Shown here in pieces: positions 1 to 9,773 of a stretch of 64,000 nucleotides of DNA (positions are counted from its first letter, which is position 1; every line of letters starts with the position of its first letter). The notes beneath the pieces are model-generated. The model searched no databases. It was not told where the DNA came from and saw nothing but the letters and a program-made list of their open reading frames with translations. The translations under genes and the position numbers were made by a program. The stretch is from Methanobacteriota archaeon. Its GTDB lineage: Archaea; Thermoplasmatota; Poseidoniia; Poseidoniales; Thalassarchaeaceae. The stretch covers positions 19,162 to 83,161 of the forward strand of contig JAAZXW010000021.1 in NCBI GenBank assembly GCA_014239955.1. Reading direction: 5' to 3'.

Positions 1-1
1 C

Positions 2-919
2 ACCCTGGGCGGGGCGGCTCACCATGCCAGCAGGAGCGGTGTTGCGTGCATGGTCTCGGAAAGCGAAAGTGAGGCCTTCGACATGGTCGCAGAGATACTC
101 TCCCACATGCCAGACCACACGATGTCTGAGCCACCTGTACTGAGAACTGGGGACAAGTGGGACAGAAAGTGCAAGGGGATGGGCAAGCTCGTGCCTCAGG
201 ACTCTGACCGACCGTATGACATGAGGGACGTCATCGGCCAAGTGTTCGATGACAAGCGCTTCCTCGAGATGTTTCCGTCCTATGCCGAGAACGTGGTCAT
301 TGGATTCGCTAGGCTCGATGGGCATTCAGTAGGAGTCATCGGGAACCAGCCATCGGTTCTCGCAGGATGCCTGGACATCGATGCATCCGTGAAGGCAGCC
401 CGGTTCATCAGGACCTGCGACTGCTTCAACGTCCCAGTCGTGACCTTCGTGGACGTCCCGGGATTCCTTCCCGGTACTGTCCAAGAGTGGGGGGGCATCA
501 TCAGGCATGGGGCCAAGCTTCTGTACGCTTACGCCGAGGCGACCGTGCCCAAGCTAGCCGTGGTAACAAGGAAGGCCTACGGGGGGGCATACCTAGCGAT
601 GAGCTGCAAGCACCTAGGGTCCGACTACAACGTGGCATGGCCAACTGGGGAGCTAGCCGTAATGGGCGCGGAGGGCGCGGTCAACATCATCCACAGGACA
701 GAGCTAGCCGAGTCGGATGACAGGTCCGAGAGGCACTCGGAGCTGGTTGACGAGTACAGAGAGAAGTTCGGCGATCCCTACGTTGCTGCCAGGCATGGCT
801 GGCTGGACGATGTGATCGAGCCGCACCAGACGAGGATGGCCCTGGTCAAAGCACTGCGGCCTCTGCTCTCCAAGAGGGAGTTAGTCCTCCCCAAGAAGCA
901 CGGAAACATCCCCCTGTGA
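2..919 (+). CDS. pccB: Acyl-CoA (propionyl/methylmalonyl-CoA-type) carboxylase, carboxyltransferase beta subunit; 5'-truncated by window edge
   Basis: Motifs PYDMRDVI, GFARLDG, KAARFIRTCD, DVPGFLPG, RKAYGGAY and C-terminal KKHGNIPL; frame is open from nt 2 (TLGGAAHHASRSGVA). Confidence 0.9.
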   Translation, partial: TLGGAAHHASRSGVACMVSESESEAFDMVAEILSHMPDHTMSEPPVLRTGDKWDRKCKGMGKLVPQDSDRPYDMRDVIGQVFDDKRFLEMFPSYAENVVIGFARLDGHSVGVIGNQPSVLAGCLDIDASVKAARFIRTCDCFNVPVVTFVDVPGFLPGTVQEWGGIIRHGAKLLYAYAEATVPKLAVVTRKAYGGAYLAMSCKHLGSDYNVAWPTGELAVMGAEGAVNIIHRTELAESDDRSERHSELVDEYREKFGDPYVAARHGWLDDVIEPHQTRMALVKALRPLLSKRELVLPKKHGNIPL

Positions 920-968
920 AAAAAAACCACAACCCCCAGTAATATAGGATGGTTTTCCCGATGTTTGC

Positions 969-1772
969 ATGGATGACAATGCCATGTACAAAATACCAAC
1001 AATTGACCTTTCGGTGAAATCCCTTCTGATGCTATCTCAGTTGGCAATTTTTGCTGTTTTCGCGTACTGGTCGGTGGAGGATGGAGTGGAGGACAATATG
1101 CAATACCTCTTTCTGGTGATGATGGCGGGTGCCGGTTTGGCACTCTTCCTTTCAGTCCCAAACGCGAGGATTGGGGTAACCTTGGGGATTCCAGCATTGA
1201 TGATCGTAATTGGATTGGCTACGGGCGAGAATGATATGATGTTCTGGGCTGTTTTCATGATGATCATGATAGGTCCAATTGCCTACATTCCAGCAATGGC
1301 GACTGGCGATCCTACATTGGGCCTAGATGACGAGACCAGGCTGCAGAGGCTGAGCATACTTTGGATCGCCTTCGCTCTGTTAATGATATTCATGATGTCA
1401 GGTATCGCAGATATGGCTACGGAGGGCGAATACACAGAAGACAATGGTGATGATGATGAATTCACCATCGTACTAGACTCTACCCAGCAGACGATCGCAC
1501 AGGGCGGACTGGCATTGGGCGTAATCGGGGTTCTGGGGTTCCTACTGACGGCCGTAATGGGCATGGAGGTAGGACAAATGCGTCCTTGGCATGGTGGCGC
1601 AATGGTAGCGGTTGCCATCATAATCTCCCAATATCTCTGGTCCGTGGGAGAAGGAGCGCCCGCACAGTCGCCGATGGATTATCTCATGATTCTCGGGTTT
1701 ATTGGCATTATTACGCTGTCTCCTTGCATCGCATACGATATGAGCAGCGATTCTTCGGACTCCGAAGAATAG
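969..1772 (+). CDS. Hypothetical multi-pass membrane protein
   Basis: 267 aa with about 8 hydrophobic segments and an acidic loop; TAATATA about 25-30 nt upstream of the ATG. Confidence 0.7.
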   Translation: MDDNAMYKIPTIDLSVKSLLMLSQLAIFAVFAYWSVEDGVEDNMQYLFLVMMAGAGLALFLSVPNARIGVTLGIPALMIVIGLATGENDMMFWAVFMMIMIGPIAYIPAMATGDPTLGLDDETRLQRLSILWIAFALLMIFMMSGIADMATEGEYTEDNGDDDEFTIVLDSTQQTIAQGGLALGVIGVLGFLLTAVMGMEVGQMRPWHGGAMVAVAIIISQYLWSVGEGAPAQSPMDYLMILGFIGIITLSPCIAYDMSSDSSDSEE

Positions 1773-1774
1773 TA

Positions 1775-2500
1775 TCAGATTACCGAAAGGACCTCGCTTA
1801 GGCTGGGCATTTCTTCTGCCCTTGACGGGGCGAAGAGGAGTTTCCAAGCCTCGAGGTGCTGGGCAGCGACCATCACCACAGCGAAATCGTCAGTAGACGC
1901 ACCTCCCCCATAGGATATCGATACCTGTTTATCAGAGTCCATCTCTATAGATCCCCCCCCGGCTGGTTCCGCATCGAGATCGACTGCTAGATCGGAATGA
2001 CCGTTGATCACTATGCTGCCATCCCATGGGCCACTAATCAACTCCCTGCGGCCCACTTCTGGAATTATCGAACCGCCTTGCGACGACCAAGCGGCCGCGA
2101 TTGAGCGTGCTGCTGAACCGCCGCCCCTCATTCTGAGTACCGACCCCTCGGGGTCGATCCCAATATGCCTGCAGGCTGAGACGAAACCTAGGCCATCGGT
2201 GCTAGTGCCCAACCACTTTCCACCAGATCTCCTCAGTTGGTTGATCGCATTGACCCCCTCGGGTCCCTTGACACCGAGTCTTTCCTGTGGCGAGTGCTTC
2301 AGTGGAGCGGTGCACGATAGCCACAGTTCTCCTTCCAGAGATGACACCCGTGACTCGAACTCTTCGATGCTGGTCGCCTCGATGAAGACCTGCTCAGACG
2401 GTTCCACCCCCATGTAAGCACCGACTATCGAGAAGAGTCTGGGCGTTAGCGAGTGGGAGATTGGGCTCCCTGCTATACCCCAGAATGCCGGGCTACTCAT
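1775..2500 (-). CDS. aroE: Shikimate dehydrogenase-like protein (divergent, short)
   Basis: GSPISHSLTP, CTAPLK (catalytic Lys), AINQL, STDGLG (catalytic Asp), GGGSAARS nucleotide-binding loop. Confidence 0.65.
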   Translation of the reverse strand: MSSPAFWGIAGSPISHSLTPRLFSIVGAYMGVEPSEQVFIEATSIEEFESRVSSLEGELWLSCTAPLKHSPQERLGVKGPEGVNAINQLRRSGGKWLGTSTDGLGFVSACRHIGIDPEGSVLRMRGGGSAARSIAAAWSSQGGSIIPEVGRRELISGPWDGSIVINGHSDLAVDLDAEPAGGGSIEMDSDKQVSISYGGGASTDDFAVVMVAAQHLEAWKLLFAPSRAEEMPSLSEVLSVI

Positions 2501-2574
2501 GGCTCTCGCCCGGGGTTATTGCCGATGAAGGTTTCAAGAGCGCCCCGTCACCGAGAGTGCCGGGGGTAAGAGCA

Positions 2575-3630
2575 ATGCGTCGCGTCAAGAGGCTGGATGA
2601 GGGTCTGAGGCTAAGGATCGAGAGCGAGGACGACCTGTGGGTGCTATCCCAGGTATGCGGCACGGGTTGCCTAGTGGGGATGCTGTCCCATCGAAGGGAC
2701 TCTACGACCGGGAGGACGAAAGAGGATGGCAGGGCTAAGAGCGCTGAGAGGAAACCCATGTGGATAGTGCTGGAATCGTCTGAGACCGCTTTCCAACCAT
2801 TCACTGACAATCTCAGGGTGCATGGGGTGATCAAGGAGGCGAAGCTCGACATCGGCAGCCACCACACTCATGTCATTTCCTCGGGTGATGAGATCGAGTT
2901 GACCCGGGAAGGGGGTTTGTCCAGAGTCGATTCTGCTTTGATCAAAGAGGCGATCTCCTCGGGAAGAAAGGCCCGTTCCGGGTTAGTTGTTGTCGAGAAC
3001 GACGAGGTCCTGATCTTCGAAGTAGCCGTCCATGGGATTCGTGACGTGTCGCAGTTCAACTTGCGAGGCGGGGGGAAGAGGACAGGAGACTCAACTGCAG
3101 TTCGGAATGAGTTCTTCGAGAAGGTTGCCAAGGAAACCAAGATGGTCTTTCCAGATGAGATGCCTCTGATTCTCTGCGGACCGGGGATGGCGAGGGAGGG
3201 CTTTGAATCCCTACTGAGGGGGTTGGGGGCGCAGAACAAGATCGTCAATGCGCCGACAACGATAGGCGGGAGGTCTGCTGCGAACGAGGTACTAGCAGAG
3301 GGTTTGGCCGACTCACTCCTAGGAGAGCACGCAATCGTGGAACAGGTCAGAGCGATAGAGGAGTGCTTGAAGAGAGTCTCGACGGATGGTGCTGTCACCT
3401 ATGGGATGGGGGCGGTGTCCGATGCTGCAGCACAGGGTGCTGTCGAGACATTGGTCATAGAGGCGGGACTCTTGCGGGCAGAAGAAGGCCGCTCCGACTG
3501 GGAGCCGATAGTGGAAGCAGTCGAGAGTTCTAGTGGGAAGGTGATTCAAGCTTCGACAGAGCACGATGCGGGCAAACAGCTCCAAGGAATGGGCGGTGCA
3601 ATCGCCCTTCTGAGATGGAAGTTGGAATAG
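2575..3630 (+). CDS. pelA: mRNA surveillance / ribosome rescue protein pelota
   Basis: ESEDDLWVL, LRVHGVI, GSHHT, LILCGPG, GAVETLVI, QLQGMGGAIALLRW; start placed at ATG 2575. Confidence 0.9.
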   Translation: MRRVKRLDEGLRLRIESEDDLWVLSQVCGTGCLVGMLSHRRDSTTGRTKEDGRAKSAERKPMWIVLESSETAFQPFTDNLRVHGVIKEAKLDIGSHHTHVISSGDEIELTREGGLSRVDSALIKEAISSGRKARSGLVVVENDEVLIFEVAVHGIRDVSQFNLRGGGKRTGDSTAVRNEFFEKVAKETKMVFPDEMPLILCGPGMAREGFESLLRGLGAQNKIVNAPTTIGGRSAANEVLAEGLADSLLGEHAIVEQVRAIEECLKRVSTDGAVTYGMGAVSDAAAQGAVETLVIEAGLLRAEEGRSDWEPIVEAVESSSGKVIQASTEHDAGKQLQGMGGAIALLRWKLE

Positions 3631-3664
3631 GCAACCCTCTTCACGGACATGTAGAGGGGGCTTC

Positions 3665-4309
3665 ATGACCCAGACCTCTGTAAGGATGGTTGGACTAGGC
3701 CGCCAAGACAGAAGTGACATTGCTTCCGCCGTCGTCGAGGCTTCCCTTGAGATCGGGGCGGATGCCCAATTCATCATCGATCGTAGCGAGATAAGGGAAT
3801 TCGACCATGGGATGATAGACTGGAGAGGGATGCTTGAGTCGAATCATTGGCTCGTACTGTCGTCTTCTGGCCCTCTCGATGGAGATTCGATGAAATGGGC
3901 ATGGGGATCATCCCTGACATTCGCAGAGCTGGAGGGTTGCAAGACGGCTATGGTCATCGATATGCCCGAAGACTCGAGTCGCCTAGATGAGGCATGGGGG
4001 TCGGTCGTAGAACGAATCAGGCAAATCCACCTCCTCTTCATTGACCCTGAGGTAATGAAGGCCCTGTCAGAGCTGGAAGGAACGGAAGAAGAACTCCTAC
4101 TGGATGAGATCAGACGCAGAAGTCTCGTTCCAATAGTCTGCTCGTTCGACCCGGAGGAAGGGGTCGCGCGTGTTTATCACTCGCTTGGGCACGATATTGT
4201 GAAAGTAGAAGAGAGAATGGTTTTGGAGAGATGGCTCGCAGGATTCCTTTGCAGGCTACCGGAATCAGGCCCTGGTGCGTCTGGAATCGCATCTGCGGCC
4301 CGGTCCTAA
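3665..4309 (+). CDS. Hypothetical protein, possibly a degenerate ribokinase/PfkB-like fold
   Basis: 214 aa; IHLLFIDPEVMKALSEL weakly resembles the PfkB ILFxNEEE segment; no GAGD motif. Confidence 0.55.
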   Translation: MTQTSVRMVGLGRQDRSDIASAVVEASLEIGADAQFIIDRSEIREFDHGMIDWRGMLESNHWLVLSSSGPLDGDSMKWAWGSSLTFAELEGCKTAMVIDMPEDSSRLDEAWGSVVERIRQIHLLFIDPEVMKALSELEGTEEELLLDEIRRRSLVPIVCSFDPEEGVARVYHSLGHDIVKVEERMVLERWLAGFLCRLPESGPGASGIASAARS

Positions 4310-4396
4310 CAAGGCTAATCCTACTTCCGGCGAAGTTACCACCTGAAACCCCTTTTGAAGGGGCACCCTTTCCGCCGGACCCGCGAGGCCAAAGGG

Positions 4397-5542
4397 ATGC
4401 CACTCAAACTAGGGCCTGCAGGAGTCCCCCTCTCTTGCAAGGGCCGTACCATTGTTGAGGGGATGGATGACATCACGGTGTTGGGACTGGATGCAATGGA
4501 GGTGCAGACTGTGCGAACCATCCAACCTCAACACTTCGATCAATACTGGCAAGCGGGGATCCTATCTTGGAAGTCTGACTTCGAGATGAATATGCACGGG
4601 CCCTACTACGCGGAGCTTCTTGGGAGCAAAAGGGAGAGGAACAGGACCCTCTCGAAGATGGAAACGAGCCTTCAAGCTGGGAAGATAGTCAACGCGAGGC
4701 ACCTTACATTCCATGTAGGCCCATATGGGGAGTATGATCCGGGTCCTGAGGCAAACGAACAGGTCGCGAACGTCATGTCAGGAGTAGTCGAGAGGGTCAG
4801 AGAGGTCTGGGGAGACGAAGAGGAGGAAGAGGATTACGCTGCATTCCCATGGGTCCACGAGTCGGAGCCTTCCCTAGTTGGGATTGAGACCTCCGGGAGA
4901 CAGGAGCTTTGGGGGACAGTAGAGGAGGTCCTAGAAGTCTGCAACCACGTAGAAGGGACTGTGCCCGTGCTGAACATGGGCCACATTCACGCCCGGGGCC
5001 ATGGCAGGCTCAGGACCAGCGAGGACTACGCAGAGCTATTCGACCAGGCCAGAGAAACCTATGGTGGATCCACATTCTACTGTCACTTCGCAGGAGTCGA
5101 GCACAGGATGGGGAATGCACTCCATTACACCCAGATCAAGAAGTCTGACTTGAAGTTCGAGCCGTTCGCGGAGTATCTCGCGGAGGAAGGCGACTGGATG
5201 GACATCACGATAATATCGGACTCGCCGCTCCTGGAGCATGATGCAATGTACATGCTCCAGCACTATGACAAAGCGAGGCAGCGCCTGCTAGAGATCAGGG
5301 CTCGTGACGAGAGGAGGGCAAAGTTAGCAGCCCAGCAAGGCATTGACCCGGAGGAGCTGAAGAGGAGGGAGGAGGAGGCTGCGGCGGCTAGGAAATCCCA
5401 GCTAACCAGCGAATTGGAAAATCCACCCAAGAAGGCACCTGCGAAGGCACCTGCCAAGAAGGCCCAGACCGAGGGAAAGGCCAGTAAATCCAGTGGAATG
5501 ATAGCAATTGACGAGTCTTCAGACGAAGATGACGTGTTCTAG
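4397..5542 (+). CDS. nfo: Endonuclease IV-like (AP endonuclease family 2) TIM-barrel protein with charged C-terminal tail
   Basis: GPAGVPLS, MHGPYY, TFHVG, GIETSG...WGTVEEV, GHIHARG, CHFAG, IISDSPLLEHDA; start at ATG 4397. Confidence 0.8.
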   Translation: MPLKLGPAGVPLSCKGRTIVEGMDDITVLGLDAMEVQTVRTIQPQHFDQYWQAGILSWKSDFEMNMHGPYYAELLGSKRERNRTLSKMETSLQAGKIVNARHLTFHVGPYGEYDPGPEANEQVANVMSGVVERVREVWGDEEEEEDYAAFPWVHESEPSLVGIETSGRQELWGTVEEVLEVCNHVEGTVPVLNMGHIHARGHGRLRTSEDYAELFDQARETYGGSTFYCHFAGVEHRMGNALHYTQIKKSDLKFEPFAEYLAEEGDWMDITIISDSPLLEHDAMYMLQHYDKARQRLLEIRARDERRAKLAAQQGIDPEELKRREEEAAAARKSQLTSELENPPKKAPAKAPAKKAQTEGKASKSSGMIAIDESSDEDDVF

Positions 5543-5599
5543 CTTCAGTGACCCCAATCAGCAGTCTAGTTCAATAACCTGTTTTGGGGCCGTGGGTTC

Positions 5600-5806
5600 A
5601 TGGCGACAGGAACTGTGAAGTGGTTCAACTATGTGAAAGGATTTGGGTTCATTGGACGGGAAGATGGTGATGACCTCTTCGTTCATACAACCGAAGTAAA
5701 CGGAAGAATAGGCGAGGGAGACTTGGTTGAGTTTGAAGTTGGTGAAAGTGATAAGGGCCCGAATGCGGTCAACGTCAGGAAGATCGGCGACGCAGAAGAA
5801 GAGTAA
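5600..5806 (+). CDS. cspA: Cold-shock domain protein
   Basis: MATGTVKWFN, KGFGFI (RNP1), LFVH (RNP2), KGPNAVNV. Confidence 0.95.
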   Translation: MATGTVKWFNYVKGFGFIGREDGDDLFVHTTEVNGRIGEGDLVEFEVGESDKGPNAVNVRKIGDAEEE

Positions 5807-5853
5807 TCCTGTGCCCAGGATAGGGCGATAGGGCCCCTCTAAGAGGCCCTTCC

Positions 5854-8800
5854 TCACTCTTCCTCTATGCCAGTCTTTTCCCAATTCAGCACTATTGCTC
5901 CGTTGGCACTTATTCCCAGAACTGGTGACCACTTGCTGAAGTCGACGGAATTGTTCGCTACTATCATGGCCCTGAGGTTGGAGACCAGTGAGGGGTCCAA
6001 TCTGATGCCGAAGGGGGCTTCGACAGATGCGAATAGTGGGGAAGGTTTGCGAGTTTCAACGGTTTTCGGTTTGAACGGGGCTTCTTCCTCCTCTTGACGA
6101 GCAGCATCATGATCGTCAGACAATTCCGATGATTCCCGCTCGGGAATGTCTCTTTCGTCGGATGGATTCTCCTCTGACTCGGAGTCGGGTACGCCGACTT
6201 CAGAGACAAATGGTTTGGCCCCTTCGATGGTACTGCCTATCTCTAGCCCGCCTCTGGAGGCATAGAGCACCGCCTGGCCGATAAGGGTCAAGGCAGCTAG
6301 GAAGAGCATTACGACCAGAGTAAGTCCGTCTTTTTCGTAACCAGTGTAAATCAGTCCCGATGGCATGCCGACAAGGCTGATCATCCTCCTCCAACCATGA
6401 TCGCGGCTGAATCCCACGACCACGTGATGGAGCGATATTACGACGATCGAAAGTCCGAATACAAATTCCAATTCTATATATCCAGAGTAGGGCAGCATCG
6501 CAACGAGGAAGAAAGCGGAGCCGAACAGGCCGAAGTCCTTCTCCATGTCGAAGGAGTCGCCTTCAGATTGCTCGGGGAGAAATGTGACCATGGACTTGAT
6601 TTCGGAGCCATAGGGGCCCTTCCCCGACCATGAGAGATATACCATGGCCAAACCGGCAATTATCGGCCAGAGCAGTGCGTTGTCCGGGTGGATGCCGAAG
6701 TCATCATCCACCCAAAGCCAAAGCGTCACTGCCTGTACGAAGACGGAACAGTGGAGCATCATTGGGATGCCGTTCCGAAGTCCGTCCCAACCTGCAATCA
6801 AGGCCGCGAGGAACGGCAGGGCACCGGTGATACCGCCTGAAAGGAGGAAGAAGACGTACCCGTACCCGCGTGATGCCGAACCAAGGTAGTCATAGAACCG
6901 TTGATCCAGGGACTCATCCCTATGGGAGTTCTGCAACAGCACACCCTTCTCGTAGAGGATGTACTGGATTAGTCCGGACAAGCCCCCGATGACCTGAGCG
7001 AAGTGAGGGTCGATTGCTCCCGACGAATCTACGCCCGACCCCCAACTGATGTACTCGATAAGCTGCGACGATGCCCAGAACCATGCGATTGGGGAGACCC
7101 AGAACCATTGCACGACTCCCTTTTTCCAAGCCCCGAAGGAGAGTACTGCCACGATCATGATCGGTGCCGTTCTGGTGTCGGGCAGGAGGAAGGCGATAGC
7201 CAGAAGCAAGGCCAAAGCGGGTCCGAAGAGCTGCTCGGGGCCATATCGTGATCCACCCTCACGCTCCCTCTCGGAGGGAAGGTAGAATGCAACTACTGCT
7301 GGGATCGAGAACAGGAGGATGGATGCCCAGCGAGGGGTATCGAAGGATAGCATATCGGTTGTGCCCCCTAGATATGACAACCCCGACATGAGTGGCCAGA
7401 GAATGTCACCCTCTGGGTCATGGCTCCACTCGAAGAAGGATGCATACAAAATAGCGAAGACTGGAAGAGAGGCCAGTATGGGAGTGGAAACATGCTTAGC
7501 TGCCCTCTGAACCGCAATACCGAAAACGGGGATGGCGAGTAACCCACCGGAAGAATCCGTCATCCCAATCATCAGCAGAACCAACAGGGTTAGGGTTCCG
7601 AAGTTGCGTGCCTCCTGAGAGAGGTCCACCAGGGTCTTCAGACGGAAATTGACTAGAGCGGGTGCTGAGATGATCAAGAGATCCCTCGCTGATCTTGCCA
7701 GGACGTCAGCATCCTCGAATGCCATTATCAAAGCAGTGATGAGGGAGACTATAGAGAGGTAGGAGATTCCAACCAGCCTCTCCAGCGGCGTAGTGCGAAA
7801 TGCGGCACCCCCTTCGAATGCAAGAAGTGCCACCGATAGGGCAGAGCATGCAAGAGTCAACCTGACTGACTCGGTGGGAGTGACTTCGATGTTGAGTATT
7901 AGGAAAACTAGGATCAGGAAGAGCATGACAGCCATCTCGGGCCTCAAGGACAGACTCTCATTTGCAATCCTCCATCTATGGCAAACTGCGAAGAGGGATA
8001 CTGCGGCAATTAATGGGAGCCCCCTAGCAATGACGTCCTGCTCAATCGTCTCGAGAATGAAATGGGGAGTTACGAAGAAAATTGACAGGGCCAGTGGCGC
8101 CACCATCAATGTCAGATACGCAAATTCCGTCCCCCAATTCAGGAGTCCATCCTCCCTTTCGGTTCTGAGCCTCAGGAACGAGTTCATTTGATAAAGGACA
8201 GAAATTGAAATGATGACTACGAATAGTAGGTGTGCCTCCTCTATCAAAACTACATTGAAGGATGCTAGCAAGAGGAGGACTGAGGGACCCTCGTAGAACC
8301 TCAGTCTCCCTCTTAATTGGGCCCAAATCCCTAGAGCCAATACAGCTGGGAACAGGACTAGGGAGAGTCCATCGACGATACCCAAGGAGAAACCTCCGAT
8401 TTCGAGGATATTGCCCTCTCTGCTCGCCCCGATGAACGAGGAAACGGTCCATGAAACCACCATGGCGACGTATGTGGCTCTGACGACCCAGTCCCTAGCC
8501 TGTGGTCGGGTCTCCAGGTAGACGAAGGCGGAGATCCCCACGAACCATGCGACCATTGCCGCCTCGTCGGAGAGCAAGGCCAGTGCCAGGGCAAGTCCGA
8601 CAGGCATCGCAGGGGTCCTCTGCATCGTGGTCGCGGCGAACCAGCCCACGAGCAGGGCCACCCAGAGCCAGAATGTCAGTCCGAATGGGTGTTGGGAAAT
8701 CGTCTGCCCCGCGATGACGAACTGCGTCTCGTCGGCGGCGATAATCTGACAGAATAAGACCGCTGCCACTACCGCTCCTGACCCGTTCTCAATCATTCGC

Positions 8801-9588
8801 TTCGAGAGACTGCGATCAGTGGCTGTGATGCCGACAAGAACCACTGCGGGCACCAGTAGGCTGGCGTGCTCAGTTTCTCCCCATGAGCTCAGAGACATGA
8901 ATATCGGGAGTCCGACTGCGGCTCCCGAGGAGAGCAGGTAGAGGACGGCTCGATCTAGCCTGAGGGAATACAGGACCGCGGAACCAGTCAGTAGAACTAC
9001 CGAGAGTGTGATGAACCACTCCAATTCTCCTCTGGAGTATTCTAGCCATATCTTCACCCCGCTGAAAACTACGGCTAACGGCGCTATCACTACCACCGTT
9101 CTAGGGAGGGTCCCCAGAGAGTGCCTGCGGATTGAGCGGGTGCTGACCTCCATCACCAATAGTATGGCTACTGTTTGTAGTGCTGCCAACCAGACTGGCA
9201 TCCACACATCCCCTTCTTGGTACCCGTTCTCAATCCAGCCCATCTCCTCCGGTCCTGCATAGAATACTGCGAAGCGAGACAGCCACACGGCAGAGAGGGA
9301 GCCCATCAGAACTGCGATAGCCCCTCCGTACTCCTCAATCGGGTTCTCCACCCTTTCAGCTCCGTGTTGGTACCTGAACCACTCGTGCATCCCAATCACA
9401 GACATCGCAGTGGCTCCAGTTATTATCCCGAGAGTCAGAAACGAGTAGTCGTCAGTGACATTGACTACCGTGACGTAGTATATCGCATAGGCTAGCATTA
9501 GCCCGCCAGCTACCAAAGATGCGTATAGGCCGACGATCGACGCATCGTAATCCGAACGTAGAATTGTGTTTTCTGGACTCTGGCTCAT
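5854..9588 (-). CDS. Very large polytopic membrane protein of unknown function
   Basis: 1244 aa, almost entirely hydrophobic helices, followed by an acidic linker and a small soluble C-terminal domain. Confidence 0.75.
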   Translation of the reverse strand: MSQSPENTILRSDYDASIVGLYASLVAGGLMLAYAIYYVTVVNVTDDYSFLTLGIITGATAMSVIGMHEWFRYQHGAERVENPIEEYGGAIAVLMGSLSAVWLSRFAVFYAGPEEMGWIENGYQEGDVWMPVWLAALQTVAILLVMEVSTRSIRRHSLGTLPRTVVVIAPLAVVFSGVKIWLEYSRGELEWFITLSVVLLTGSAVLYSLRLDRAVLYLLSSGAAVGLPIFMSLSSWGETEHASLLVPAVVLVGITATDRSLSKRMIENGSGAVVAAVLFCQIIAADETQFVIAGQTISQHPFGLTFWLWVALLVGWFAATTMQRTPAMPVGLALALALLSDEAAMVAWFVGISAFVYLETRPQARDWVVRATYVAMVVSWTVSSFIGASREGNILEIGGFSLGIVDGLSLVLFPAVLALGIWAQLRGRLRFYEGPSVLLLLASFNVVLIEEAHLLFVVIISISVLYQMNSFLRLRTEREDGLLNWGTEFAYLTLMVAPLALSIFFVTPHFILETIEQDVIARGLPLIAAVSLFAVCHRWRIANESLSLRPEMAVMLFLILVFLILNIEVTPTESVRLTLACSALSVALLAFEGGAAFRTTPLERLVGISYLSIVSLITALIMAFEDADVLARSARDLLIISAPALVNFRLKTLVDLSQEARNFGTLTLLVLLMIGMTDSSGGLLAIPVFGIAVQRAAKHVSTPILASLPVFAILYASFFEWSHDPEGDILWPLMSGLSYLGGTTDMLSFDTPRWASILLFSIPAVVAFYLPSEREREGGSRYGPEQLFGPALALLLAIAFLLPDTRTAPIMIVAVLSFGAWKKGVVQWFWVSPIAWFWASSQLIEYISWGSGVDSSGAIDPHFAQVIGGLSGLIQYILYEKGVLLQNSHRDESLDQRFYDYLGSASRGYGYVFFLLSGGITGALPFLAALIAGWDGLRNGIPMMLHCSVFVQAVTLWLWVDDDFGIHPDNALLWPIIAGLAMVYLSWSGKGPYGSEIKSMVTFLPEQSEGDSFDMEKDFGLFGSAFFLVAMLPYSGYIELEFVFGLSIVVISLHHVVVGFSRDHGWRRMISLVGMPSGLIYTGYEKDGLTLVVMLFLAALTLIGQAVLYASRGGLEIGSTIEGAKPFVSEVGVPDSESEENPSDERDIPERESSELSDDHDAARQEEEEAPFKPKTVETRKPSPLFASVEAPFGIRLDPSLVSNLRAMIVANNSVDFSKWSPVLGISANGAIVLNWEKTGIEEE

Positions 9589-9697
9589 ACCCTTTCTTAT
9601 GTGGGTGGGGTTTTCTACTTAGCGCCGGAACGAGGAAGTCCCCCATTCCTTGGACTAGGAAGGCTTGAAGTCGGGACGGTGGTGGCGAGGATGCTAC

Positions 9698-9773
9698 GGG
9701 ACTGTAGCTCAGCTGGGAGAGCGCCGCACTGAAGATGCGGAGGCCGCTGGTTCAAGTCCGGCCAGTCCCACCA
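9698..9773 (+). tRNA. tRNA-Phe (GAA), CCA encoded
   Basis: Acceptor GGGACTG/CAGTCCC+ACCA; D-arm TAGCTCAGCTGGGAGAGC; anticodon arm CCGCA-CTGAAGA-TGCGG; T-loop GGTTCAAGTCC. Confidence 0.97.
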
